The translations under genes were made by a program, and so were the position numbers. Of a stretch of DNA of 64,000 nucleotides, positions 43,287 through 57,262 are shown in pieces (position 1 is the stretch's first letter; every line of letters begins with the position of its first letter). The notes under the pieces were generated by a model that made no database searches, was not told the DNA's origin, and saw only the letters and a list, made by a program, of their open reading frames with translations. The stretch is from Amoebidium appalachense. Lineage: Eukaryota; Protista; Ichthyosporea. The stretch covers positions 4,514,208 to 4,578,207 of the forward strand of contig CAVNZM010000017.1 of NCBI GenBank assembly GCA_963693365.1, written 5' to 3'.

Positions 43287-44962
43287 TGCTTATTGTACAC
43301 TCTCTCTCAGCAATCTTTGGTTATTTTGGCTTGGCTTCTGCACTACCATGCGGGCCAAGAGTAAGCACAGGTATGAGTGAGGAAAAAAAAGGCAGTATTT
43401 CCTTTACACAATGACGTAAGCCGTCCAATCAGATCCGCAACGATGGAGAGTCGTGCAACAATTTATGATCGATCATTTTCCTGCCGCCTAGTTAACTTAT
43501 ACCAGATCTACTGTCAACAAAAACACGTGAGGCATAAATAATGGAGCCGTCAAAATGCTTTGGACACTTAAACATAACACACAAAAAGATTATATAACAA
43601 ACGAAAAAGCAAAAAGTGAAAATTATCTATAGGTTCTTCTATTTTTAATTATTTTTCCTTTGGTTCTTGACTGTAGATTATCAGTGCTTTTGTCAAGAAA
43701 TTTGTATGTGTTTGGAATCGTACTATGAAATTTTTTGACACATTCGCGCTAAAGTACAAGTTTTCCCGTAGTTCTACACTTCTCTAAAAATATTTGTCAT
43801 AATTGCAATTTTAATGCAACAACCAGCACGGTTCAGAATCTATGGACCTTGAATTACCCTACTTAGAATATAACGACCCCTTTTGGTTGAATCTTGCCGG
43901 TCCAAGTCACGCAACCGTTAGATCTCGGATGTCAGGGTTCGAATTGTCGATCGACTCGAAAACAATTGAACCCCGATCAATTTCATAGATTTGAGCTGCG
44001 GCGCCGCTAACCTTTGCCTAGGGGACTGTTTTTAATATCTTTTCGAACTAAATTTCTGTATAAAAACGTTTGCATTCTTTTTTTTCTTTATTACTCTTAT
44101 ATATTAGAAGACTAAAATAGACACACCAAACTTTGGCGGGTTGACAGTAATTCAAGCTGGCCCTGTTTTCCGGGAAAAATGGAAACCGATTTCGAAACAA
44201 CCATGTCTCAACTCTAAATGATTTATGCAGTCGATCGTTTAAAAACTAATCATATATCGTAATTCATGCTATAACGGATTGTTTAATTTTATTCAATCTG
44301 AAGATTTTTGCCGAAGTCTAATTAGGCGGCGGAAGTCCGTTGCATGTGCCATTAGTCGCCGAAGCCCACTGTGTTGATATGTTAAGAGTCTTGCTTTGGG
44401 CACATATATGTAGCACAATACGGTCACAACTCGAGGCTCGAGCTCGCACCGTCCTTGGCCTGTTTAAGCTCTTCCTCTCTTCCTCTCTTCCTCAATATAT
44501 CCGTTTTAAGATGACTATCCTAGATCACCTTATTAGTGCTGCACAGTATGATATTGTGATCCGGTGCCTTAACTTTCGAAGTTCGGAGCTACCTTGGGTA
44601 GCTAGCCTTTGCTTACCCATAATATGTAATAGGGGTGTCATATACTACGATGGCGCTCATTGTTGCCTAGCATGTACATATGCCACTGGCTGCATTTGAT
44701 TGGCTGCGCTGGAAAACGCAGTAGGCCGTCGAATGTGGTTGGGCCTCCGGCAGTGTCCACGCAATAAAAAGTGTGTAAACCCCCTGTTTAAGACCATGTG
44801 CCATGGCCTGTTTCACTCATGGGCGTGAGTGAGTCTAGGTTGAAACGGGGCCCAGGTCACGGCGAATCAGCGGCATCCAAAATCATTTTGGCGCGAATGT
44901 GGCTAGCCATAATTGGCGGAAACTAAATCTCCCTAGTTTGGTGCTGTCTGGATGGCGCCGGC

Positions 44963-45268
44963 CAGGGGTGTGGCCGGAGCCTCAACGACTTAACTTGACT
45001 TATATTTATAATTGTTTGCTGGGTTGGATGACTTGACTTGACTTCAAAGTCGCGACTTGGAAGAGCACTATTTTTAGTAACTCCTCTGGCCGGCTGGGCC
45101 AAGGGCGGGCATTGCGCCCCCCCTTCCCACCCACCCTCCTATGTTTAAGCTTCCCCGCCCCAAGCCCCCCTCCCCCCTTCAAGTCACTACTATGTCCGGC
45201 CTCATGGCTTGACTTGACTTGGTTGAAGTCCGGTGCTTGGTGACTTCAAGCAAGTCGCCACACCCCTG
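44963..45268. mobile_element. hAT-superfamily MITE, 306 bp
   Basis: Perfect 12-bp TIR CAGGGGTGTGGC/GCCACACCCCTG; 8-bp TSD GCGCCGGC (44955-44962 and 45269-45276); subterminal GACTT repeats. Confidence 0.92.
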
Positions 45269-47171
45269 GCGCCGGCTCGATATGATTGATCGCGACCGAC
45301 CCGCGACGCCTGTTTGCAGTCATGGGCTGTTTGCACTTCATCACCGTGCACGCACGTTTGTGAGTGTACGTGTGTAGATAAGCGGGTATGGCCCGTGCGT
45401 CTCTGTGCCTAAATTCGCCTGGTTGAGCCTGCGAGCGTGTGCAGCTCCCGCGGCAGCTGCGTAGGTTTTTGCGGGAGGGTTGTCACCGCGGTCGATGATC
45501 ATGCACATGATGATCAAACATCACGTGCACGTTTGGACGCACGGGGCGGCTGGCACCAGAAAAATGAAACTTCAGAGAACGATGAAATATAAATGTGAAC
45601 GAGTACTGTGCTAACCGTGACTCTGCGTCTGACGACTGACCCAACGAGGGCCTCGGCTGCAACTCGGCACCTTCCTCGACTCCGGATCCTCCCCCTCCGC
45701 CCCCAGGCCCCCCCCCCCCTCCCCCTCCTCCCCCCCCCTCCCCTCTCCCCCCCCCCCCCCCCCCCCCCGCCCCCTGTCACCCCCTCCCCCCCCCCCCCCC
45801 CCCAAGTCTCCCCACCCACCCACTCACCCACCCACCCATCCGCCCACACCCCGGCCACTCACCCACCGGTTCACGTGGGCCATATGCACGACTCCCTCAC
45901 ACTGCATCTGACTCCTGAGATGCAGCCTGGGAGGGCAGGCCGGCTCAGCATGCAGCCCAGCCTCAGGCCACGGTCTGATCTAGGGGGAGGAAACGACAAG
46001 TGCAGGGAGCACGTCTGATTGGTTAACAATTGTGCTCTGTTTCCACTTAAAGCTAAAAATAAAAACAACAAACCCTAGAAGCCTATCGGATCGGACGGTG
46101 ATCCACCTCGTTATTGGCTTTGTCCATTATCGATCCAGAAGATTACACTGTTGAGGAGACATTTTGGGCGCCTACCTGCTCCATGAAATAAGGCAAACAC
46201 CTACACTGCCACGAGCATCAATATTAATATGGCTATTTATGTCCATTTTTATAATATTTATAAATAAATCCCCCTAATCCGTATAGCAAATGAATCGACA
46301 TGGTATCCGTTTTTATGCGATGATGCTTCATTCATGGAACCCTCTAATATTTTTCAGCTGTAATCGAGTGGAAATACTATCGCGGGAGTGCAGCCAACTT
46401 TCCGAATTCCCCCCGCTTTTTCAAATTTTTGGAGAACACAAAACGGGCGAGGCTCAGCCAGAAAGTAGTCCAAACAGGCGTGCACATTCACTACCACGAG
46501 GTGGGTGTATAAGACCTTTTTCTTATATAGTCTTTACTATCTCCTTTTCATACTTTTCTCTTAAGTCTTAAGCTTTGTGTGGTATAGGTATATATGTTCA
46601 GACAAACGGCCAGGCTAAGCATTGTTCCCAGGTGGAGGTAGATTCTGGTAGAAGAATAGGATAGTCTTTTTTGGTAATGGTATGTGGTTGGGGCTGTTTA
46701 CGTTGTATATACTGCCAAAGTGATAATTTGCTTTAAAGAAGTTATATGTGTTTTATATTCATTGAAAATCATTAGTGATAATTAAACAATACACTGGAGG
46801 GGTTGCCATCGGATTAAGTTGTTCAATGTCGCTCAGACAAATGGCACGGCTGAGCTTTAACGTGGATTGGTAGTGGTGCACAAGGGGTAACGAGATAGCC
46901 TTTTTTGGTAACGGCACCAGGTTGCCGGGCTGTTATGATGTTGTGTATTTGATGTGATATGTAGTCTTCGTTCGCTATGATAAATGTCTTCCAAGTATAC
47001 CTTTATGCCTCAACTCTAAGGGCTAACGTAATCACAACATGCTCGGGCCCCAGCATGCTATACACGCGCACACACACACACATCATCACCACCACCACCA
47101 GGTGCCCTTTCCCCCAGGCCTTCAAACACACACATGTATGTACATTTACACACAAACTCTCTCTCTCTCTC

Positions 47172-47225
<54 letters not shown>

Positions 47226-47226
47226 G

Positions 47227-47258
<32 letters not shown>

Positions 47259-47268
47259 CTCTCTGTCT

Positions 47269-47362
<94 letters not shown>

Positions 47363-47476
47363 CTCTTTCCCTCCCCTCCCTCCCAGCTTCCTTCCCGCCT
47401 CCTCCCTCACTCTCTTCCCCCCCCCACCCTCTCTCTCTCTGTGTGTGTGTGTGTCCCTCGTCCTCCTCTCTCCTGG

Positions 47477-47510
<34 letters not shown>

Positions 47511-47896
47511 TGCCCCCAGGGAGGCCCTCATGCAGAGCCTCGGCCCACCAGTAAAACTAGTACCCAGACCTTCCGGAATATCTAAACTAACAAGACGCTG
47601 GTGCACACTTCCGTTTATATATACGTTTATCTCTTTGCGTTAAGTGCCACTCTGCAAGTTGACCACCGATTGGTCAGTGGCACTGTATGTGCACGACTAT
47701 TACGCTAACCCGCTGTATGTTCAAAGCTTTACCGCTGTTAAAGCTCGTGCATGGGCCGCATATACTTACACATGTGTGCATGAGGTACTTGAATATTATG
47801 GATGTAAGTGTGCACGTGACTATGGGCCGGGCTTGCCACCATAGTATGTAATCCGAGTTATCACCATATGTACGGTACACACACACACACACACGT

Positions 47897-47961
<65 letters not shown>

Positions 47962-47997
47962 ACACATCAAACACACGCACACACACACCGATACTCA

Positions 47998-48068
<71 letters not shown>

Positions 48069-48484
48069 TACACACCCACACCCACACACAAACACACACA
48101 CACGTGTGTGTGCACATGTGTGCGGGTGCATACATGCAAACACAGACACACACATACAGACACGTGTGCCGCATGATACACACACACATATATACACGTA
48201 CACGCACACACACACACAAATGTACGGGCGCGCACGCACACACGTCACAAACACACGCACACACATGAACGCACACATACACACACGTTGCTGCACACGC
48301 ACACACATGTGCACACACCTGTACACACACAGTCAGACATACGTCACTGAATACACACACACACAGGCACGCACACATATACACACACACAGAGAGAGAG
48401 AGACACACACACGCTGAAAGAGAAGATCTTAAGAGAGAGCAAGAGAGAGATAGAGGGACAGAGAGAGAGAGAGAAAGAGAGAGA

Positions 48485-49053
48485 TGTTATGTGGCTCACC
48501 GATCTGGTTTTTGATTGGTGAGGCTGGACGGCATTCCTGTCCCACAATCACGGCTACGAAATTGCTTTGGTATAAAAGCAATTCGGTAGGTCAGTTCATC
48601 TGGGGAATGATTGCCGGTAATGGTGATCTGGCACAATAAATGGTTGCGCCTTTCAATGACGTACACCAGCCCGCCACATAGTAACAGTAAGCCAAGCTCC
48701 CAAAAGAGCGACCGCGAGCCGGACACGACAAGCTACACCCCCGCTGGGTCTTTCGTGCCCATGGAGTCGAGTCAGGAGACTCTAGCTTGTCCTTTGCGGG
48801 AGGGGATTGTTATGTGGCTCACCGATCTGGTTTTTGATTGGTGAGGCTGGACGGCATTCCTGTCCCACAATCACGGCTACGAAATTGCTTTGGTATAAAA
48901 GCAATTCGGTAGGTCAGTTCATCTGGGGAATGATTGCCGGTAATGGTGATCTGGCACAATAAATGGTTGCGCCTTTCAATGACGTACACCAGCCCGCCAC
49001 ATAGTAACAGTAAGCCAAGCTCCCAAAAGAGCGACCGCGAGCCGGACACGACA
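48485..49053 (+). mobile_element. TRIM (miniature LTR retroelement), intact
   Basis: Two apparently identical 246-bp LTRs, TGTTATGT...ACACGACA (48485-48730 and 48808-49053), each with TATAAAA and AATAAA. The 77-bp interior ends in PPT GGGAGGGGA. 5-bp TSD AGAGA. Confidence 0.92.
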
Positions 49054-49628
49054 AGAGAGGCTCGAGCGCCTTTTCCTCCTCCTCCGAGGCTCCTCCAGAT
49101 CCCAAGCCGGCGCCACTCCCCCATGATTTGAATCGCGCGTGTTTACATTATTACAAATTTCTAACTGGCAGTGCAGGTCGCGACACCCCTACGCCTCCGG
49201 GGCCCCCAAGAACTAAACTCGAGTCAAGCAATAGCAATATTTGTAAAACAGTGCTATCAGTATATCTCGATCGATATCCCACCGAAACAGGCTTAGGACT
49301 AATCAAATTTGGGGGGGATGTGCTGCCTCAATACTCCAGATCTGACGTCGACTGGGCCACTCCATAATCATTATGGGCAACCGTTAGTCCTTTCTACCCT
49401 GCTTGGGCCGGCCATCGATATCCAGTGGAGTTATGTACTTTCTGACGGTTTTGCGGCTTCTTGAATATAACAAGAACCAGGGGCCGGGTGGCACTGCGTG
49501 TGTGCGTTTAAAAGTTGTTTGCGTGCGCGTGTCTAATGAGAGTGCCAGGGAAGAGGGAAAATGTCTTGTGTGTTTGTGTGCGTTGGTGGTGTTGGGTGGG
49601 TGGGTGGTGGTGGTGGTGGTGGTGGTGT

Positions 49629-49678
<50 letters not shown>

Positions 49679-50002
49679 ACAGTGATCGAGCTCGAATACC
49701 TCGCTTTACTGTGATCAGATCAAACCTGTACATTTGTGCATATGATTTACATATTGATCAACACTTTTGTAAATAAAGAGATCTACTAGTAACTGTTGCC
49801 TGCAACACTTTCAACTGAGATTATAGTGCCTAACGAATATTTATATACATTCACGAGTCATTGTGTGGACGTGATATTATTTCGCTTCACTGCAGTTCAG
49901 ATTTGAATGACCTGATAACTATTAGACACCCACGTCACGGTCTGTTGGTAAAACATTGCCTTTGTGTCTGTTTGTCGGGGTGTGTTCTATTGTGTTCTTA
50001 CA

Positions 50003-50040
<38 letters not shown>

Positions 50041-50322
50041 CACCCATGCTTGTGAATAACCATACGGTAAGGAAATACTAAATTTGCAAACAATAACCAA
50101 TGAGCCCGTAACCAACCATCAAACCAAAAAAACATTCCTCTATAGCCAGCACTTTTCGTTTCACAGACATATGTACAATGGCATAGTGGTGAATAGTAGA
50201 AACATGAAATCAGCATACAGACCACTTTTCTACATGATACAAGACCAAAGAGAAGTCAACAGTGATACTAATGTGACAAATTCGATGAAATACTTGAAAA
50301 TGGCGCCTTACAGTAGCATCCC

Positions 50323-50353
<31 letters not shown>

Positions 50354-50356
50354 AAA

Positions 50357-50419
<63 letters not shown>

Positions 50420-50547
50420 AGAAGAGAGAAGAGAGGAACAAAGAAAAAACGAAAGAAAGAGGGGGGAGAAATCCATCAACAAAAACCAATATCGCACCAA
50501 CTCAGCACACCTCCGAAAGGTTTGCCGCGGCCACGGGGGAAGATTGC

Positions 50548-50834
50548 CTATTCCCATTCCGGTTCGGGTTGTGTGCGGGCCGGGCCCACAAAACGATCCC
50601 TCGGGTAGAATTCATGATACTGCTCCCTCGCCTCAAAGAAGGTGTAGAAAACGATATTGCCTGGATAAGTTGCGTACAGAACTGATCCATCGTTTGCATC
50701 GATACGATGAACCGGCCGACGGCGCTCCAACCGACACAGTGGGTGATCACGTGATACGGTTTGATCATGTTGAAAACAACGAGGATGAAGTATGACGTGT
50801 ACATGACGAACAGAAGACGGATGTTGGAATACCT

Positions 50835-50868
<34 letters not shown>

Positions 50869-52877
50869 GGGGGGGGGGGGGTAGAATATGCTTTAGAGTA
50901 TGTATACGCCGTCGGACAACACAATGCAGAGTGCAAACCAAACAAAGAGTATGCATAATAAGCAGGGGTTAGAATGTGGGAGTCAACACATTACTTCCTA
51001 CACACGGTTATGAGTGGCACTTGTGTATGTGCCCGTACGGAACATATTGAGAAAAGCTTTCAATCGAACATTCTTGACAGTTCACTTTGGTAAGCCATGA
51101 ACACAGACGTTGTCAAAATCTTACAATTAACTTTCAGCAAGAAAGGGAAGATGTCGTTGCAAGGTAGGCATGTCTGTGTACGTCTGTGTCCTTTCTGTGT
51201 GTTTTGCAAACACGTGGTAGAAAAAGGAGAAAAAAACACGCAAAGTGTTGAAGAGCAGAGAGTCTTCAAAAAGCACGTGCACATAGTCGGGGCACAAGCC
51301 TGCTATTCACTTCCTTGCAAAATGCGTGAGTGGATGGCGGACTGAAGGGGTGCGCTACATTTCGATACATGAATAGCTAGACTGAATGCCCCACATTCCA
51401 GTGAATTCAAAAATGAAAAAACAGAAGTGCAACATCAGTGGGATAAGGGGGAGGGGGGGGGGGGGGGGGGGGGGGGGGAAGGGACATACAGATCGTTGAA
51501 CTGGATAGTTGCATGGCGGGTGTGCCAGAAGTAATAGAAGAAGGCCGATGCGTAGGTGGGTCCAATCACAAACATGCCGGCGAGGCCCCACGATGTGTGT
51601 GCCGGATCGAAGCCGGAATAAAGATACCACGCGATATACGTGGCGGCAGACATGATGAAGTTGACGACGGTAAACAGGGCACCCCACGCTACCAACAACA
51701 TGGTGTTCTTTTCGGCGCTCGCGGATAGACGTTTGTTGAAGATTAAGGCAATCATGCGCTGACGCATGACCAAAATTGAGAGATAGACACAGGCGGAGAA
51801 AATGGCAATGCTGAAACTCATGAGGAGAAAAAGGGACAACCGGTCCATCTGTTGTTTCAACAATGCGAAATCTCCGCCGGCTGTTGAAAGATCAATGAGT
51901 TGAAAGAGGTAGGTGGCCGTTATCAAAAGCATTGACATGTCGTAGAACATGCCCGCCATAAACACCGAACACAGATACCATTTCCCTCTCGATTTTACAA
52001 CCGGATGGTCGCGGTTGAGGTAAACAATGACCATGAACAATAGGAGAACGCCCACGCTTATCGTTGTGTAGATGACCTCGTATCGGAAAAGCAAGTCCGC
52101 GTCCGACTTACTGCTAATGTAAGTCATGTTGAAATTTCGATGTGCAATAATTAATTGCTCCTGCAACGAACGATACTTTGTGCTGTTGGTCGTCGTTGGA
52201 TACTGCATAATGTAATCGTTCATCGCAAACTGCGCCGACTCGAGTTCGTGATAGGATTCTTTCACCGTTACAAATGGTGCATCCGTTACAACCTGAAGGC
52301 ACAAATGCAAAAAGGACGTCTCGAAAGCCAACGCCAGTATCAAGCAAATGACATGTGCACCGAATGTTTGCTGGAGATACTTCTTTGCAGCGTTGCGTCG
52401 TTGTTTTCTTGCGCGGTCCCTCCTTCTTTCCTTCAGCCCGTGCACAGTAGCAGGTTTCCGTATCGCTTTGAAATTGGCCCCGCGAGCCTGTGCCCGCTTA
52501 GGGTGTAGATCATCTTGCAGTGCTACTGTTCCATCAACCGTGGTATCACCCATAACATCAGTGGTGTCTACGGTAGCTGTTTGGTATATATCAGGGTAGT
52601 CCGAGGGGAGCGTTCGATGAGGGCTAGGCCTCGCACCAGCCCCCAGCTCGGGATCCGAACCGGTCGGGTTCGATGTTCCCGAAATGACATTTTGGGCGGC
52701 GATGCGCACACGCCAAAGAGGGCTGACTTTTTCTTGTCTCTGAATGGGGTCAGATGGATAGACAGAGGTACAAGGGGACGCGGAAAATTCAACTACTGCC
52801 CCGTTTGTGCAGGAGTTTGTGCTGGTACTGCTGTTGTTGTTTAAAGGTGGAGGTGGTGTTGCGTCTTCGGCAGTCAT
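50548..52877 (-). CDS. 7TM receptor-like protein, class C/GABA-B-like, two exons, with a probable frameshift in exon 2
   Basis: Exon 52877-51490 (CT|gtatgt) joins in phase to 50832 (cag|G TAT). Multiple TM helices. The loop after TM1, LNRDHPVVKSRG, and the ICL3 FND resemble class C R..P.IK.S and FNE motifs. The C-terminus reads better after a shift at about 50690 (GSVLYATYPGNIVFYTFF). Confidence 0.65.
50836..50965 (-). mobile_element. Degenerate subfamily A copy with a C(n)A(n) tail
   Basis: T-run, G-run, then ..CAACACAATGCAGAGTGCAAACC..AAAGAGTATGCATAATAAGCAG. Confidence 0.65.
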
Positions 52878-54814
52878 TTTTTACGCATTATTAGGAGTGA
52901 AATGACGGGGGAAAAAAAATACAAGATTAGAGAGAGGGAGAGCGGTATAGATGGAGAGATAAGAAAAAAGGACCGAGCTGAAACAAGTGGTGAAAACGCT
53001 TCAAGTTTTTGTTCTGTGTGTTTATGAAATATTGTGTTTACAGGTGGTGGTTGAGTGTGAAGGCATGAAAACTAAGGGTTGGCTAACAGAAAAAAGTCAA
53101 CGAGGTGAAGGATAGATTTGTTGAAGATGTTGCTACGTGAAGAACGTTCAGTCACCAAATAAGACTCGGTCTGAATTCAAAACAAGAAAGTGTGCTACAT
53201 ACATGAACATGAAAAAAAAATGAAAAAAAAAAGAAAAAAAAAAAAAAAGAAAAAAAGCACGGGGATAAGGAAAGCTTATAAAATAGATTAGTACACACTT
53301 CAAACCAAACAAACCGTGAGAGGCCGTCGTGTCACACAAGGCTTGCACAAGGCCCGAACGCGAGCTACAGTGGACGGCGCGCCGGATCGCTATACCAAAA
53401 TACGGTCTGATAACATTCATTGGTAAAGGGGGTAGCAATCATCGAAATAAAATCCATAGATTCATAGAATTAGAGGGGGTAAAGGTAAAGTTTGTCAAAG
53501 CACAAGGAAAAAACCCCTAAGTTTTATTTTTATTTTTTACTGGAAAAAATCTTTAAGACGAAGCTCGAATACTTTACTTACCAGGAAGACTCAGACTGAC
53601 AGACTGGACAGTTTTGAATTTGTAAATGAAATTGTCATATGGCATATGGTGTCTGATTGTAGTGTTTGTTTCCCAATATTTGTATAAAGTCACTTACCTT
53701 TGGTCTCAACATTTGAATGTGTATGTACTCGACCGTCGTTTTTTGAGATATCTGGGATACCTCTTTTTTCATGTCCAAAGTGCACATCAATAAAGGCATT
53801 ATATAAAAAAATTGTCCATATCAATTATTAGGGGTCCATTATTATTGGAATGTTGAACTCGGATTTCAGAAGTGCAGGATTGACCCCAGCAGAGACCCCA
53901 GCTGCAACGGTTCCGAACTCTAAAGTTCCCGAGACGTACATATATGTGCAGGTCATGATCATGCGGCCATCATTTGGTAAATCACAGCCTTTATTCAAGT
54001 GTACTTACGGTACGCTTATGATTGTTTTCTGCAGTTTATTCTTAACACTATCAAGTGAGTGAGTATTCAATCTGGAATTGTCCGGTTACCCGGTATATAG
54101 GTGACTCGTGCGGGCCGACCCGGTGGTGCTCTCTGACGATTGGACGGTCTGTTGACCAATGACACGTTTAGCTAGGTACTTCCCCTTACACCCCTTGGGA
54201 CACCCAAAGAAATTCTTTATGTTTAAATTTTCTTTGATCAAGTCACTGGCATGAATCATTGATTTTCACGCATTTCTTCTAAGTTTATAGCATATTTAGA
54301 GCATATTGCTTCTGGTAGGAGCAATAAAAATAAAAAACAACTCAAAGACGTATCAGCTACATATGATGCAGTCTACACTAAAGTGCTTGATATATGTTCA
54401 AATAAAGCTTTCTAATCACTGAACAATCGATATCCGAGAAAAACAATCAATTGAAAAATGTGCACATGAGCCTCTCAAACCCCCATCTAGCGGATGGTGC
54501 GGTTTGTCGTTTTCATTGGTCTGTCGCATAGAAAATGCGAGCCTGCCCGAGACCCACCCGGCCAGTGACCGACACATCCCTAGTGCCGAGATCACGGTGA
54601 ATCAGCCGGATAACAGGGTGTGAAAGTTTTTTTGTGCAACAGGGTGTAATTTTTTTTATTTTTTTTGTGATATTTGTTTTTGGCTGGTGCCATTTTGGCA
54701 ACTTTCCACCAGCCTGGATGGTGGGCCCTCGCCAAAAAAATCCCGTTTTTTTGCCCTGAATATCATTCGGGATATATCACGAAGATATCGAATGTTGCCT
54801 TGAATATCTTTTTC

Positions 54815-55280
54815 GTTTGACTGGATTTATTCGACGGAAAGATATGCAAGTATGCACGGCATACTGAGAAGACAACAAAAAACTTCACGAGTTATCCAGT
54901 AACACTGGTGCATACTGAGATACCTGAACACTGTGTGAAAATCATATAAATACTCAATGTGACGACCAACCGAATTCAACAAAAAGTCTAAAGTGGTCAC
55001 ATTGCCAGCCAGTGTAGCAGGCACCCGTAGGGAAAGAGGTAAAACGTGACATAAAAACTCACACCTATCAACATGCTTGCGATTAAAAAGTTCAGCACAA
55101 AAGTGGCACCAGCGGCGATGGAAACAAAAATTACAACGCCACTGCACAATTCCCAGGCAATATCAACATCAGAGCACCATACAGACTTATCTACTAGGAT
55201 GGTATCCATATGTACAGCAGGAGAATAATATTCGAATTCTGTCAAAGCTCCCAAAAAGGAAAAAATATCCCGGCAAAAGC
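54815..55280 (-). mobile_element. LINE 3'-end fragment (family D) encoding a CCHC knuckle
   Basis: RRWCHFCAELFNRKHVDRC..TTLDFLLNS resembles a LINE ORF2 C-terminus; ends AATAAATCCAGTCAAA. Other copies at 57378-57840 (-) and 59409-60268 (+, split by an LTR). Confidence 0.7.
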
Positions 55281-55676
55281 CCCTGAATATCATTAAAAAA
55301 TTTTTTTTTTAAAAAAAGTATCTTAAAGGCTCCTGAATATCACAAGATATATCAAAAGTATCTCGACTTTGACCTGAATATCAAGTCAAAATATCCCGGT
55401 TTTCGCCCTGAATATCACGAAAAATATCTCTGCTTTTACCCAAATAAGGAAATAAACGGGATTTTGTTTCGATTTCTGCTATTTTTGTGAGATCCCTTCA
55501 GGGAACATATATATATATATATACCCCAAGGTTGTCAATCAAAGCTTTGAGCAATCTGAAGCAATCATTCGGGCCGGTCGCTTTTAGACCCTTTTTAGGC
55601 TAAAACAAAAGATTTGGTAGTGTAGGAGGTGCAAATTATGAGTTTTCTGTAACATTTTGTTGAGTTTTTCACATAT

Positions 55677-56546
55677 GGACTTCACTTTTACTTCGATCTC
55701 TTAGCTGTCACGTCAACTTTTTTTGGACTTCACTTTTATTTCGATCTCTTAGCTGTCACGTCAACTTTTTTTGCCCGATTCCTCACCATGGCAGGTATAT
55801 AAAGGCTTTCGTTTTTTTCTTTTTGTGGTGGGAAGGGGTCCCACTCAGGGGAACGTGACACTGTGTGTGTGTAGTGCGGCCTTGTCTATTCCTACTGCTG
55901 TGAGAGTGTGGGGACTGTCGTAACCTAACTCGTGTGTATTATGAGACGCGGCACTCTTCTAAGTGAACACACACTGAGAGGAACGAACGTGTACGAGAAA
56001 ACTGTAAAGTTTATTTCTAAGCCTGACTCCGACGGGCAACCTGAGATCCGAATGGAACCAAGCTACAATAAGTCACAACTGCGGCCATCAAAGGCCGTGC
56101 CCCCAAAGATCATCATCACCAGGCCCCCCACAATGCCACATTCCTTACATTCCGATCTAACGAACTTTATCGTGCGCCTGCACGAGCTAAGTCTATCGGC
56201 TCACACTAATATACATATCCTTGTCTCTCCCCTCTCCCTTCCCCTAGTGGCACCGCAGAGTCTAAGTCTACATTTCATACTACCTCCCCCACCTCCCCCC
56301 CCTCTACTCTTTCCTGTACATCAATATATACATACATTTGGCAGATAGCACTATCCGAACTTGCCAATATTTACAAGGGCATCTGCCCGAACTTATTGCA
56401 TTCCAAAGTCATCCTAAGATCTATCCTGTACACTATTCTAATTCTATTGGTCGGCTGCTCCAGGCTGACGTGGTCCTGCAGAGACATGACGTCCGCCGCT
56501 GTACAGCTGATCTTGAGGCCCCGGACTTGATCTTGATGACCTGTGG

Positions 56547-56591
<45 letters not shown>

Positions 56592-57262
56592 TGGTGGCCC
56601 ACTGCAACTTACGGTGACTTCTACACGCTATCTACGCTTCTACGCGAGCTATTGGCAGTGGGCTGCTGCATAATTTCTTCAACTGCTTCTGCGCTGCGTG
56701 AGTGGACGGGTAGCTACTGGGTCGCCGAGAACCTTTCCTTGTGGCTGCCATGTTTTCAGCCATGGCAATGACTGGATTTGCTTGCATGCATTCTCTAGTT
56801 GTGTTTTCCTGTGTGTCCTGCCACAAGTAGGCGCAGCCACCTTATCAAAGAGTTAGAGACAGCTTCTGCGGGTCTAGGGGACGGGCCCGTGCCATCGTTT
56901 TCTCGCTCGGATTTGGTCTGCATTCAATTTGCTCTTTAAAAGGGCTGACTTGCTTGCTAAGCCCCAGTAGGTTTTGAGCGGGGCCTGTTGGGGGGCAGCT
57001 GCTGCAGTAATGATGTCTTCTTGCGGAGTGTGGCCTGGTCATCATCGCTGCATATGACTAGTTGGAGCAAACTAGTTTCACACATGCATGTGCACTTGTA
57101 CCTTTGCCCGCTGGTGTCCTTTGGTCACTTGTTGTTTTGTTTTTTATTTCATCACTGTGGCTCTTTCGAAGTCGGTTATTTTGGTGGACCCATGTAGCCT
57201 ATAACAGGCTGCACGTTGCCTTCATATCCACTGGACCACTGATCAATAAATCCTAGTCAAGA
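55677..57262 (+). mobile_element. SINE-like family C copy interrupted by a truncated LTR
   Basis: Reverse complement of 23385-24282; 47-bp tandem duplication at the 5' end; insert at 55916-56591. Confidence 0.8.
55916..56591. mobile_element. Solo LTR truncated at its internal C-run
   Basis: Starts TGTCGTAACCTAA; homologous to 59435-60100; lacks the last about 50 bp and the TSD. Confidence 0.8.

Noticed and set aside
43500-44340. AT-rich DNA-transposon-like sequence (also 53500-54480)
   Set aside because: No TIR pair or TSD could be established by eye.
46595-46940. Diverged direct repeat of about 230-bp period
   Set aside because: Old local duplication with no termini or coding signal.
47520-47844. 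Exon-like coding patches (also 49128-49367, 20681-20875, 62040-62640)
   Set aside because: No recognisable motif or consistent exon chain.
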